55,423 nt of DNA, taken from the NCBI GenBank assembly GCA_030167865.1, contig JALAGF010000012.1:1-55423 (forward strand). The letters are read 5' to 3'. Positions 33,401 to 46,382 of the stretch are shown one piece after another. Numbering within the stretch: the first letter of the stretch is position 1; the number at the start of each line of letters is the position of its first letter. Below the pieces are notes generated by a model. The model made no database searches. It was not told the DNA's origin and was given only the letters and a program-made list of their open reading frames with translations. The translations under genes and the position numbers were made by a program. The DNA is from Craspedostauros australis (Eukaryota).

Positions 33401-34667
33401 TTACGCGTCAATGTTCCTCATCTCACCCGTCTGCGGATCTCTCACCCACGTTCCCGATGGTGATGATCTTGAGCTCCATGGCTTGACCTTCGGCTTGGCC
33501 GCCTGCTGCGAGCTCCCGTCGCTCGCGCTGTTGGTCGGGACGCCGATCATCATGTCATCCGCCCAGAGGTTGTTGATGTCGTCGATCATGCCGTCGACGT
33601 CCTCATCCAGGCGCATCGCGTCCGGTATCGTGTCGTCATCATCTTCGTCCTCGCTGCCGTCGTAGGCGTTGTTGTAGTCGAATCCGCTGGCCAGGTAGTC
33701 CACGACGGACTCTTCGATGGCCTTGTCGCTTGCGCCCGGCGTCGCGCACAGCTGCACCAGGACCTCCTCGTGCTTTGCCATGACGTCGCTGCCACGAGCC
33801 ACAATGAGCTCCAGCGGTACGTCGTCAGCGACCGCACTCACGTGTCTCTTTCTGCGAAAATTCAATCGGTGGCATGGTGCGGGCATGGTATCATTGAAGA
33901 AAATGATAGATGGGCAAGGGTGAGACTCGACGCCAGAGCGCAGACAGTCGTCATCTGGTGTTGTCTCAATTCAGCATGCATGAAAGGATCGCAGATGCAT
34001 CATTGAGATCATCGTCAATCAACAATCGCCAAGCAATAATATTTCAAAACACCACTTACACTGAATCAACTCCAAGGCCTGTGACCTGCTTCAGTTCGCC
34101 GAATGTGCCTGTGACTGCAACAACAACATCTCCGACCTCCAGACCAGCCTGCTCGGCGAATCCGCCGGGAACGATCTGCTCAGTTGTGACACGCAGCATA
34201 CGTAGAGTGCGAGTATTGCAGCATCCAGGGAAGGAGACGAAGATACAAAAGAGAAGAATGCGATGTGAGCAATGATGCGAACAGAGAACTGATCAATCCA
34301 ATCCAATCCAATCCAATGCTATCCAATGCTATCGCCAAAGGCACAAGCACAGTGCATATCAATGCCTCACCTTGCTGACGAAAACATGAGGAACGTCGGT
34401 ATCCGCAATGGTTTCATCCACCGTGCAACCCAACGGACGATGGTCCGGAATGGAGAGCTCGATGAACTCGGAGCCCTGCAGGAACAGATCTTCGGCATGC
34501 ATCGCGGCAGTCGTCATCAGGTCAGCCACTTCGTTGTTCGACATGCGAGTGATCGTTTGTGACCGAGATGCGTCCGTGGGTGTGCTCATTGGCTGCTGCA
34601 TGGTGAATGCACGCAGCATCGGCAGCGATGCCAGGCCGCACAATAGCAGCAGCAGCTGCTTCATCAT
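33401..34667 (-). CDS. PDZ-domain protein with plastid-type presequence and acidic tail, about 287 aa, 3 exons
   Basis: Exons 34667-34371, 34175-34060 and 33851-33401, with GTGAGG..CAG and GTAAGT..CAG introns. Spliced product 'HRPLGCTVDE..HVFVSK|IVPGGFAEQAGLEVGDVVVAVTG..GVDSV|KRHVSAV..PLELIVARG' matches the PDZ pattern. Signal peptide MMKQLLLLLCGLASLPMLRA-F. Alternative ATG at 34688. Confidence 0.85.
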
Positions 34668-37600
34668 GCTTGGGAGTGCCGACGTCATCTTCGCCACGAT
34701 CTTCCTGTCAAGTAATCGTGTAGCACTCGTACAGTACTCCACAGTGTTGTATCCGTCTGCCACCTTCCAAAGACTGCCTTGCAGTGATTGCTTGGCTGTC
34801 TTTCACGCAATGTCAAGCGCAATGCCAAAGACCGATCTCAGGATGGTCGGCAGCGTCGGATGTGAATGTAGGAGGAAGAGAGGAGAACGATGATTGTGAG
34901 AAACGATCGCAACTTGAAGCGTCGCAGTTTTGCGTTCTTTTGCTGGCGCTGTGCATGGTTCTTCGCCGACAGAACCCTCAGAAATGACCAACAAGAGGAA
35001 CAACAGCTGCGTGTGTGATCTTCATCGGAACAACATGAGACACGCATCAGCCACGAATCATTCGCTTTGATCCATCGGAATTTGATGACGTCGATCGTGG
35101 ACACAACGTGAATTACATGGTACCTTAAACATAGTATATTCTATTTCGTACACTTACGTCAACAAAATGATACCGCGATACGTCACAACAAGAAGGCAAA
35201 GTTCGGTGAGTCTGACAACTCGCGCCAAAAAAAGCAATTCTGTGGTATTCTCGGCGATGCGCTTCTGTGCGTGGTTGTTTCGTTGTTTGTTTCGGTTGTT
35301 TCCTTGTTTCGTTGTTCCGTTCTCGGTTGGGCTGGCGGCGTTGTGGTGCGCGATTATGGTCGCGTTTTCACGCTGTTCCGTGACAAAACAGAGTACTCTT
35401 TGGTACTTTTGAATACAGTGGTTTGCTCCGATCCGGTTGTGATTTTGCAGCCTGTTCTTGCGTTGACGGTTCCAATGCCCTTCACCACAGGGACTTGCAC
35501 ATGCACACGTACACAGTGAAGTTGGACAGTCTCGATGTGGTGGGAACCCACGATCGCCAATCAATACTCTGCTCTGCGGCCAATCTCGAAAAAAGTCGAG
35601 AATAGCATTGGAGAGCATCACGCTGCCAAAACAAACTACTTCTGCGCGCGGATTCTTCTGTCGAATAGTACTCCAGTACGATGCACTCAGTTGGTCATGG
35701 TGCGGTGATCCGCGCAACGGCTCCTGCCTTATTCGCACGTATAATAGAACAGCAGAAGACTCGAGCGAGGGTGACGTTGGTGCTGCTACTCGGACCTGAC
35801 CAACATGCTTGTACCTTCGCTCTTCGTACCTGCGGATGCATCCACTCGCGGGAGGTGGCTCGTCCTGTTCTTCGCAGTTGCCACACAGACGGGAGCTTCT
35901 TGCCTTCGCTGAAGAAGCATCTCAGTGGATTGGAAGTTTGACTTTCAGCTTACGCGAGGCTGTTGTGTGTCGTTGTTATTGGTCAGGTTGAGGATGGAAT
36001 AGCAACCACGACTATCCAAGACAGGTTCTGTGGGTTTGGATTGGAGAATCAGACGGAGGGCTGCGCGTTAGATGCGTGTGGCTCCAGGGAGTTTGTATGG
36101 TGTATGGTGTGGTTTGGAGTGGAGTGGAGGCGATTGGCCGACGGCTTCTTGCGATCCACGCCAACAATCTTGGTGTGGCAGCAACAATGGAGAAGAACAG
36201 AGAAACAGAGTATGGTCCACAAGGGAGCCCGCCGATGCGTCTGCAAGAGTGCAAATTCTCTGATTCTGCGTTTGCACAGGCCACTTTGTGCACAACCGAG
36301 AGCGCCGACGACATCAAGGCCAAGAAGAAAGCTGCTTGGTGTCGCCAATCACGATCACTACTGTCACCACGTGTGGAACTGCGGGACGATTGGAGGGTGG
36401 CGCGTACCATCAAACGACCTACTCGTACGATACGAGCTGCAGCAGAGAATATAGTGGAGTAGACCAACGATTATAATACCGCGCAAGACAACTCTGTGGC
36501 AAGAGTGCCCAGTTTTACCACGTCGCCGTACTTCGTCAGAGTCGTACACATCGTACCCGTACACTTACTCTGCGTGCACAGAGGCAATGTGGAATAGCAC
36601 GACCACCGTCCTCACGGACACAAACGAACTACTCAGAGCACGAACGAATGGAAACAGTACAAGACTGTAGATGAGGACCATTCGACATGCCACGAGTTAC
36701 GGAGAGTCTGGTACGCACAGTGTTGGTGGATACGAGGTGTTACGTGCTCCGGTGCACGAGGCGTCCTCGTAGTGGCAACAACAATGATGCGTGTGTGCAC
36801 GGTACGGCCGCAACAGTTGTCTCTCTACGACCTGTTGGTAGAGAGCATGGTGCGAATGTACCATGTGTGGTATGCATGCACAGCAGGAATGGGGTGCGGA
36901 CATCGGCAAGAGACGACGTTTGCGTGGACAATTCATTCCATCCTTTCCTATTGGGCCGGAACCGGACCATTCGACATTTTCAATCTTATCACACTTCTAC
37001 CTCGCGATTCACAACGACCAACGTCTGCTTTATGTGATCCCGCGCAGAACCGCTGCGACGAAGGTTGTGGAATGGGCCCAATGGTCGCGTTGTTCCTTGT
37101 GTGAACGTGCGATGGTGCATCTTCAACGATGAAGTTTGAGTTGGATTTGTTCATTGGGCCCAGCAGCGAAGCAATGGTTTCGAAGTTGGAGCTAGCATAA
37201 GTGCTGGTAGTCGAGTGTTACGCTGTGTGGTTTGCCTGAACACGGGCAAGTGTGGAGTGTGGTTGATGCCCAACGTTAGCCTGCAGTTCCCGCGTACTGT
37301 TGATCGTACAGAAGGGTTGACGCATGCGCTCATTGCTTCCAAATCCGCGTTCCCACTGTGTTGGTGTGTGTGTGACCCTGACAGTCCTGCTCAGTTATCC
37401 TCCTCCCACAAGTGCGTTGGATCAAAACGATACGGATTCTTTGATCTTGGGACCCTGGTGGGCTGTGTCGATCTGCGCTCCATCTCCATCCCTTTGCCTC
37501 AGAGCTGATGCACAAACTGCTTCGTGGACGAAGTCTCTGATTTGATTCTACGAGTACCAATGTGAGTATGGACACGAATACGAATACGAATACGGATACT

Positions 37601-39976
37601 ATGCTCCACGAATACCATGCCTCTCCATGCGATACAGCACGTTCCTCGATGTCGTTTGTGGGTTTGCGGTGCCGAAACAAGAACCCATGCGTTCAGAGCA
37701 GCGCGTTGGGATGGTGCGAACAGTATGATGATGGTACGATCTCCATGACCAGGAGCTGGTGCCGGCAGCGGCGTTGCTGCGAAAGCTAACTTTCCCATCC
37801 GTATGTATTCTATGATACGGTTGATCCTGGCGGGGACGAGTGTAGCATGGGTGGAAGGGAAGAAGGGCCGGAGGAAGTACGAGTATGATTGTTCCACGAC
37901 TTGCAGAAGAAGAGGAGGAACAATCTGCAGGGCAATCACTCGACTCTATTGCGGCTGACGCATGCGCGCTGTATCTCCACAATTGCATGGCGGGCGCGGT
38001 GCGAGCACGACCTCTGATTTCCACTGCACATGAGTGCAAGTCTCGGTGCGTGGTGCTGAAACTTGCTCTCTTGGGTTCCGCTGGCACCAGCATCAGCATC
38101 AGCATCAGCATCGGCGTCGACATCGGCGCTGACGGAACTGGCTGTTTGGTTGCCTTGGCCTTGGCGGATGCCATCGCCTTTGTGAACTTCCCTATTGTCA
38201 CCAAAACGAACCAGTACGCAGTCCCAGCACGCTAGCGTGGACATATACGAAAATGCAGCATCTGGAGGATGACATAAATACTCATCCCACGAGTGATCGT
38301 GTCTACTCGTGCCTCCACATAGAGCATCAGTTGCGCTTCTCCCTGACAGCAACGAGAACCGTGACAAGAGTTTACCTGAACACGGGGCAAAACGCCACAA
38401 GTATCAGGGGAACGAAAGAAACATACGAAAAGGGAGAACATGTTGGGAGAATTCTCATTGCGCGAAGCTATGAACACATCTTGAGTACCTCGAGACGTGT
38501 GCTTCCGTTGGCTGTCGCGGAAGTGATGGGAACAGTTCATCCGCAAGGGGTGCCCAAATCTTCCGCATCCATCGACGGTGTTGTTGCGGACGAAATGGAG
38601 TTTCTCACGTCGCTCTCCCTCTATTCCCAAAACAACGCCAAAATCGTGTCAGGGGACAAAGTGCAGTGGTCCAAATGTCACCATTCCCATGTGACAAGAT
38701 CAGTTCACTCCGAGGGATCATGTGTCGACGTCAGCGAAGAAAAGGTGCCTCTCTCCTTCCCAGTTCCCGCCTCTCTGTGCACAGGGTGGAGCGCAGACAC
38801 ACAAAGCCGTGGCGCAGCGATAACGAACAGTGCGTGCATGTGCATGTGGATGCGCATTTGTGCGCATTTGTGCGTGTGTGTGCGTGTGAGAGAGAAGGAT
38901 CCTGCTCGAGCATCATGAATTGTGTGCGTTCACAAAGGCCAACGTCATCATCGTTCACACGTCGTCGGAATCACTCAGGTGCTTAGCGCATGTGGCAAAC
39001 ACGACCATCGTCAACTGCTGTCGCTCAAACGGCACAAGGTCCGCTGTACTGGCAAGTCCGAGCACGGCGTTCATGCTTGACTCCCAAACAGTATGAATTG
39101 TTGAGTACTGGACATGCAACACGTTGTGCGAGTACTACTGACACTCTAGTACGCACGGATGTCATGAGATGGATATCGCGGAGCATCTGCAGAGTGGCGT
39201 ATGGTGCAGAACTTAGACTTGTACAAGCCATGATACCAGTATGAAGGAAAGAGAAAAGCAGTCCTCTCATTTGCAAAGATTGTGTGGCACGATGCCATGT
39301 CATGCCGTCGGCGTGGATTTTGGTGCTTTTCAGCACGGGTCGCAGTCAGACTCAGGCCGCGTTACGTCTCGTATTTGGCTCCGCCCACTATCCACCCGAA
39401 TAATTTAGGACAGCCATGACAATGTGGCAAGTCCACATCGTTCCAACAAATTCCACCTCTGCACAGAACTGTATTGCCTCTCTGCCTCTGAAGGCGACAT
39501 TGCCGTTTCGGGTCTGGGGCATCGGCTTCTCTGGAGAGTGTGTATCGCAGGACGCCAAACAACCAGCATCACCAGAAATTGTCATCCACAAATGGAATCG
39601 TCTATTTGAAAGAACAGACAGAAACGGATCACCATCTCTCCAATAACTATGAGGCCCATTCCTGCGAAATACCCGTGGTTGCCCCACCAGCATCGAGTCA
39701 GGATGCACGAACGATGCCAACGGCAGGGAGTCAACCCTGGCCGGGCAGAGTTCGTTGGGAGTATCTCTACTTTGACAAACTCCAAACAGTTCGACAACTC
39801 TCTGCTCAAGAACCTTGTTTACATGTTTGCGACGTAGTCTGTACCCGTGGTGTGGGCAGATTTTCTGTCATGTTGCTGTGCTCTGAGTATCGGTACTGTA
39901 TTAAAGTGGAGAAAACCGTCAGGAGCTAGGCGTCTGTGACAACGCTGGCACAGCGGATCCAAGCTTGCCGCGCTGA

Positions 39977-41878
39977 TCATATGTGCGGCTTTGGTTCGTT
40001 CGGTTGCCCCGGATTGCTTTTCGATTCTCGTGTTGGTGACATGGAACGCCCAGATAGAGACGAGGGCGATTGCTGCATTGCATGCTGGAGGCTCTGCTGA
40101 GCCAATCGTCTCGTTACCTCCTGAACCTGCTCTTGAGTTGGTGGGACCGGTTGCTCTGACTCGCCACGCTTCCTGCGTCGCTTCGTCTTCAGCTCAGACT
40201 CATCCTTGAGGCGGCGTTTCTTGGGTTTGCCAAGCTCCGTTTGATTGTTGATTAGCGGAGTGCCGTCCCATTTGGAGAGTATCTTCCCCGTGATGATCTG
40301 CTGCCGAGATCGCGACGTGTTGACCATGGACTTCGAATGAGACTTAGGGAGACCACGATCGCGATCCCATTGCTGGAGCTTCATCATGCTCTCCTCTGAT
40401 TCTTTCATCAGGTCCTTGAGTCTGTCCAATTGTGGGTTCTCGCCGAGTGCAGGGGTCTCGTAGGTGACGCTCTGACTCTCCAGATCCCTCTGGGTCCTAT
40501 CCTCAAGCTGTTTCTCCTCGAACAGCTCTCCGAGCAAGAGCTTCCTATCAGTCTTCCCTGGCAGTTCACTCAGCTCGTTCTTCCCAAACCCTGGCCATGC
40601 ATCAGCCATGTGCGCATCTGGCTTCTCGCCAATCTGCGAAGTCCGTCTCTTGGTCTCCATGTGCATCGCCCTGTCCCGGACAACGAGGTTACCGAAGAAC
40701 TTGTTGGTATCCTTGGTGACATCCATGCGAGGTGGAACGTTGGGATCGGGCCGGGATGCCAGGCTCAATCTCTGCGATGAAGACGCCTGATCGTCGTGCA
40801 TTCCGCCGTGCGGATCCATGGCATTGGCCATGAAGATGGACTGATGGGCTGACCTTGCCGCGGCTGCGGCGGACCAAGCCTGTTGCATGGGGGTCGCGTT
40901 GATTGTATTCCTATCCGTATTCATGTTGGGGTCTGCTGTCTGGCTCGTGGCAGGGCTCATGTACATATCTATGTTCGTTGCCAAGTTCATGTTCATATCG
41001 ACGTTCGTATTCGTGTTCACGTTCATGTTCATGCTGGCGGTAGTGCGAGCGTTACCGTCGGCGGTGCTGTTGCCAGTGATGCTCTTCATCGTCAGGCCTA
41101 GGCCCATGACGTCATGGAAGCCTGGGTCAAGCATTCGCCGCGCTTGTGGCGGAGGCAGTTGCGATTGCGAAAGAGATGGTGATTGCCTTTCTGACCGTGG
41201 GTGAGATTGTGGATGTGCTTGCGATTGTGTGTGTACTTGCGATTGTGCGTGTGCGTATGCCTGTGCTTGCACATGCATCTGCGTTGTTGCAGGTGCTGCA
41301 GGTTTTGATGGCAAAGTCATTGGGAGCGCTATGAATGCTCCCGTCGTTCGCGCCTCTCCCGTTCTTGACGTCGCGTCTTGCGATCTTCGTTGCGGTGACA
41401 CGTTTTGGATAGCGGGGTGAATTGGCCTTGGTTCGAGGAGGTGCGATGCGATGTGGACGTTGGTACTGCCGGGAGTGTCGTCCTCCTCGTTCGAGCTGGA
41501 TTGGCCGTACATTGACAGCAATGCGTGGATTGTCGCTGCATCGTTGCTATAAGGAGCACCATTTCGATTACTTGTGAGGATGTTGGGATTGAGAACATCT
41601 CTTCTCGTGCAGTTGTTGTCATCTTGACTGTGATAGTTCCTCGTTCCAACATTGACGCTGCTGCTATTGCTATTACTGTTGCAGCTGCTGCCCCTCCTGT
41701 GACTCCTTGTAACACTATAGGTGCTGGTACTGCTGTTGCTGTTGCTACTTCTGCTGCTGTTGTCATCGTCATGACCGCGATGATTGTGGCTGATGATACC
41801 GAGTTGGCCATCATCGTTGTTGCTGCTGGAAGAATCATGGTCTGTGCCAACAACCTGCTGATCATCATCCGGTTCCAT
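39977..41878 (-). CDS. Hypothetical low-complexity protein with C-terminal 'LQQWDRDRGLPKSHSKSMVNTSRSR' domain and basic NLS-like cluster
   Basis: ORF 39977..42016, likely ATG at 41878. N/S/Q/M-rich N-terminus and 'KPKKRR..KRRRKR' near the C-terminus. Confidence 0.75.
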   Translation of the reverse strand: MEPDDDQQVVGTDHDSSSSNNDDGQLGIISHNHRGHDDDNSSRSSNSNSSTSTYSVTRSHRRGSSCNSNSNSSSVNVGTRNYHSQDDNNCTRRDVLNPNILTSNRNGAPYSNDAATIHALLSMYGQSSSNEEDDTPGSTNVHIASHLLEPRPIHPAIQNVSPQRRSQDATSRTGEARTTGAFIALPMTLPSKPAAPATTQMHVQAQAYAHAQSQVHTQSQAHPQSHPRSERQSPSLSQSQLPPPQARRMLDPGFHDVMGLGLTMKSITGNSTADGNARTTASMNMNVNTNTNVDMNMNLATNIDMYMSPATSQTADPNMNTDRNTINATPMQQAWSAAAAARSAHQSIFMANAMDPHGGMHDDQASSSQRLSLASRPDPNVPPRMDVTKDTNKFFGNLVVRDRAMHMETKRRTSQIGEKPDAHMADAWPGFGKNELSELPGKTDRKLLLGELFEEKQLEDRTQRDLESQSVTYETPALGENPQLDRLKDLMKESEESMMKLQQWDRDRGLPKSHSKSMVNTSRSRQQIITGKILSKWDGTPLINNQTELGKPKKRRLKDESELKTKRRRKRGESEQPVPPTQEQVQEVTRRLAQQSLQHAMQQSPSSLSGRSMSPTRESKSNPGQPNEPKPHI

Positions 41879-44800
41879 GGTTTCATTCCACGTCAATGAG
41901 TTGTGCAATGGAAAGATGCGATAGGGTTTGGGGCACGAGTTCGAGTTCGAATTCGAGTACGGGTGAGGCTGAGGGTGCGGGCGCGGGTGCGGGTATATGA
42001 TGGACTGCAACATCAAGCTGCCTGGGGTATGTAATCCTGTTGGTTTGCAGATGGTATCCTCTCACCAAGCCCACAATGCTTTTTATGACAACCCGACCGA
42101 CAGCACGACAATCGAAACCGACAGAGTCATCAGATCTCCTGTGGTGGACAGTTCTTGATCCGAACACTCGATGTGCGTGGAGAATTGGGAGTTCCGACCG
42201 AAGGAGCATCACATCACCTACAAACTTGTTCGGCGGTGCAACCGTTTGGGGGAAGAACGCTTGACGGCCAAGAAGCGCGAAAAGTGCTCCATGAGAGGAA
42301 ACGTATTCAACTTGAAGCAATAATGTTGTTTTGTCCTTCCACATCCGCGGTCGCTGTTGCCCCAGACCCAAGTGCGCCCAGGTGCCTGGGGTGATTGGCC
42401 GCTGCGATCACGATCCTTGCGCGAAAACTTGCTCGCGTCTCTCGTCCCTTTATCCGCACCTGCAAAGCGTCGCAACGCGGGTAACTGGAGGAGGCTATGC
42501 TCGGGAGCGTTGGCTCGCATGGCATCGCACATCAAACGCGCCAAACAAATACACTCGGCGTAGACAATTCCAGACACCGATACTCTGGAGAGTGGAGTGC
42601 TCGTATGTGTTGCACATGTGCTCATGCCGCACGGTCGTTTTGCGCCGCCTCATGAACGAATTAACGCCCGCACCCACATGTCCTCGTTCTGGTGTGGTGC
42701 GAGTACGAGGACGAGTACAAATAGCATGCTTCGCAGTGGGGAGTGCGTGGGGTGGAGATGTGGCCACAAAGTTCTTTCGTGCAAATAGAGAATCGCGTTT
42801 CGACTGCGGCGGTGGTTGATTTGTCCCCCCGATAACTATTTGGGCTCCTTGTCGTACCGGGCCATCAGATACTACGTCACTGGTATGTCTGGAGTGACAG
42901 CTTCAGAGCTTCCCGCCGCGCTTGTGCACAACAGTGGGAGGGATGGGCAAGGTACCATGCCTACCACAATCGCGCCACATCACTGTCGGTACTACACACT
43001 GCCCGTGGCGCAGGTACGAGTCACTGCGAGTCGAACAAAATAGAACAGAGCAGAGCGGAACAGAGCGCGAGGGGTATAAATGCAATGAGGTGCCGGGCGA
43101 GCGTGGCGTGGATGGGTGTGCGACAACGACGTGCGCACATGCTCGTTGTGCGGGGCGATGACGCTTCTCCCCCACCGAGGGGAGAGACAAAATGGAGAGA
43201 GGAAGAAAATGCCTTTCTGTTCTGTGCATTGCGAACCACACTGGAGTTGCAATTGCTCTCAGAACCTCACCGCACGTGACGAACATATGAAAACGATCAA
43301 CCGAAGGCCGTGACAATTCTGAGAGAGCTTGCTGGGCGTTTGTAGTCGGAAACCGAAAGGCGGAACGTGTCCAAACTTGCGCTATCATCACTACAAGATG
43401 TGTCAACGAGATTTGGAAGACTTCTGAGTACCCGACTCGATTTCGCAATTGTATTTGCGCTGGATGATGGTCCCGATGCTCCGAACGGTGGCGATCACCA
43501 ACAACGCTCATGCCCCATCACCACCATGGGATCGTGTTTGTTGGCGCAAGGCGGTATCGAGTCTCTGTATCGTGCAACTACTCGTACCCAAATGCTTCAC
43601 TTTGCGATTTCTGCCAGACTCCACGTGTACTTCTCCCAAGCCTTTGCCGACCAACGCGGAGGCAGATAATCGGTAAACGCACACATGATGCAGGATGCAC
43701 CGATGTGTCAGCGCGTGTGTGCTGCACTCCGAGTATAAATACTTGCACTCGTCTAATAATTGGTGGGCCGTGAAGGTCCGAATGGACGCATGATCGTGTA
43801 ACTCAGAAAATCGACAACACGCACATCCCCAATCGTAGGACTCCCGAAGAGGTGTTTATACCTCTGTCCGAAAAGTGACGACGCAGCGCGATGGCAGATA
43901 AACGTCAGAAGTCAACGCTGGAGGTCAACATCACATGCGACCTCGGTGTATGCTGCAGCAGTTCTTGTTGCAATAAATCCAAGGAGCCATGGCTTCTTGT
44001 GAAAGACCGTCAGAGCTGCAGGGATCCTTCTCTGTCGTGAACGAACTCTCTGTGAATCGATGCTCCGCCATGGGGGGTGGTACATCTGATCCAATTTTGG
44101 CGAACAGAAAGGCAATCGAAAGTTCACCCACGGGCATCGTGACATCTGTCCCCCCACATCCTACGATCAGGCACGATGCTTCGGGCATGCCAGAAATCCT
44201 CATTCTGGACGCTATTGGCGTCCTGCTTTTTCTTCCTTTTGCTGCACCTTGGCATTGCCCTGGTTGCCCCATGCCGTTCTCGGGAGTCTGAATGGTCGCG
44301 CAGTGAGCTTTCCAGAGAACGGAGATGCACGAGATGTCGGTTCTCCTCCAGAGGGCGGCAGAAACGAGAGGAGGGATCGGAGTCTGGCTCCAAAACAAGT
44401 GTCAAAGATCGACCGCTGAACTCTCCTTCAACATCCCTTGCTTCCGGTTGTACGTACTCGTGCTCGTGCTCGTCCCCGCGCCACTGCAATTGCTGCATCA
44501 TCCACATCCAATCCATCCCAGCGGCAGCGCTACCAGCATTGACACCGGTGATGATATCCGCGCCACCTTCTCGAAATTTGCTGGGTCTTGCGTGAAAGGA
44601 TGACGTTGTCTGGTGGAGTAAAATTCCATACTCGTGTTATACCAGTGAAGCCTTGCAAAAGAGCGCCATCAAATACTCCCAAAGGGTGGAACGTTAGTGC
44701 GAACGCTCTCTGGAGAGACAGTTCGATCCGTTCCTGGTTGTCGCGAATGTTTGGTGATCCTGTTGCAACAACTTCCTAACTTCGATCTTAGCCTGTGATA

Positions 44801-45064
44801 TGCGAAAAAGTATCTTTCGTGGAAACGGAACGTGCAGATCACGCACGACAACGAAAGCGCAACAGAACAGCAACATCCACGATGACGACATCGACACCAG
44901 GGACACCAGCAGCAAAAGCAGCAGCAGCACCACCCCCACCACCAACATGCACGCATGAATGCATGAGCGACCATGAACGTCCGCCAGCACGAACATGAGC
45001 GATTTCAGCACTCTCCATCAGTACTCTCTGGAAACTTCCTGCACGCCAGCGTAACATTGAAGTC

Positions 45065-46382
45065 ATGGCTTTCATTCCTTTCAGCATGTTTCTTCGTGCC
45101 ATCATCGACATTGCTCTTCTAACCGTCCGATGGCACTTGGCTTGTGCGTTCAACGTGGTGGTCTTCGGCGGGTCTGGATTCGTTGGACGCCGAGTGTGCA
45201 AACAGCTCGTTGAGTGCGGATGCGATGTGGTGTCAGTCTCCTGCAGCGGCAAGCCTGCCTCCTACTACTGTCAAGAAGGAGAATGGGCTAACAGGGTGCT
45301 TTGGATCTCCCACACGATTTCCGATCCAACAATCAAACAGCAACACCGACAACATCAACGGGAAAAAAGAGGGGGAGGCGGAGGCGCGAAGCCCAAGCTT
45401 GGAGAGAAACAGTCAAGAGGAGTTGCTCGCCTCCATCGGAAGCGTCGATGCAGCAGTCAGTTGCGTGGGCAATGTGGACCCAACCGAAGAATGGATCCAG
45501 CTCTTCGGCCTTGGCTTTGATGACGATAGGTTGCGGTACGAAAATGGGAGGGTCAATGAAATCATCGTTGATATCGCGCAAGCAGCAGGTGCCCGGCACT
45601 TCGTCTTTGTTTCCGTGAGCTACGAGGCCGCCAAGGCGCTCGAGGGCCCCATCGAGGGATACTTGGATGGGAAACGGCAAGCAGAACACGCGGCGTGCAG
45701 CGCGTTCGGAAAAGACGGAGCCATCGTCATCGGACCTCAGCTGGTGTACGGCGGCAAGCGATTTCCGGTGCTTGGCAAGCTATATCGCTGCGTCGTGGAA
45801 TCACCACCTGCCAGGAGCTACGTGCGCACCAACGACTTCCTCAGGGGTCTATCTTCAGCACCGGTGGAGGACTGGCTGGGAAAGATGCTATTCAGTTCAC
45901 CTGTCGATGTGGCGATCGCAGCCCGTGTTATTGCCGCCGGTGCGCTCGGCATGGTCGATCGGGACATGGTGGGTGACCGACGACAGGGCTTCTTCGATTC
46001 CAATGGGAAGCCCGTGCTGTACGACAACATGATCTTTGTCGACGGGACAGGAGAGATTGAGAGGGTGGATGGACTGGTGAGTCGTGAGATCACTGCAAGG
46101 AACCAAAAGGAATTGGATCGGTCATCGCCACCAGCAGATGACACAGCGCAGGCGCCAGCATCCGCGCCGCCATCACGTTCAACCAAGGAAGTAAATGCGA
46201 TGGAGGCATTCATCGACCCCGGTAGCATCAGCCGTGATGATGCCACGCATGAATCCACAGCACCAATCTGGGAAGGCGCATTGAACAACAAATCGCAATA
46301 CCTGCGGCCGCTACCTTCTGTGGCAGCTTTTGCATTCATTGTTTGGGGCATAGCAACTGGGCAGTTCGTGCAAGTGGCATGA
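45065..46382 (+). CDS. Atypical SDR / NAD(P)-binding Rossmann protein (Coq11/NDUFA9/At1g32220-like), interrupted by a +1 frameshift near 45320-45400
   Basis: Frame A (ATG 45065): 'VVVFGGSGFVGRRVCKQLV..DVVSVSCSGKP..WANRVLW'. Frame B: 'DAAVSCVG..NGRVN..AGARHFVFVSV..GYLDGKRQAE..IGPQLVYG..PVDV..AARVIAA' and a C-terminal hydrophobic segment. About 438 aa if one base is removed. Confidence 0.8.

Noticed and set aside
43900..44800. Overlapping 100-155-aa ORFs on both strands, possible pseudogene
   Set aside because: No recognisable protein or transposon motifs.
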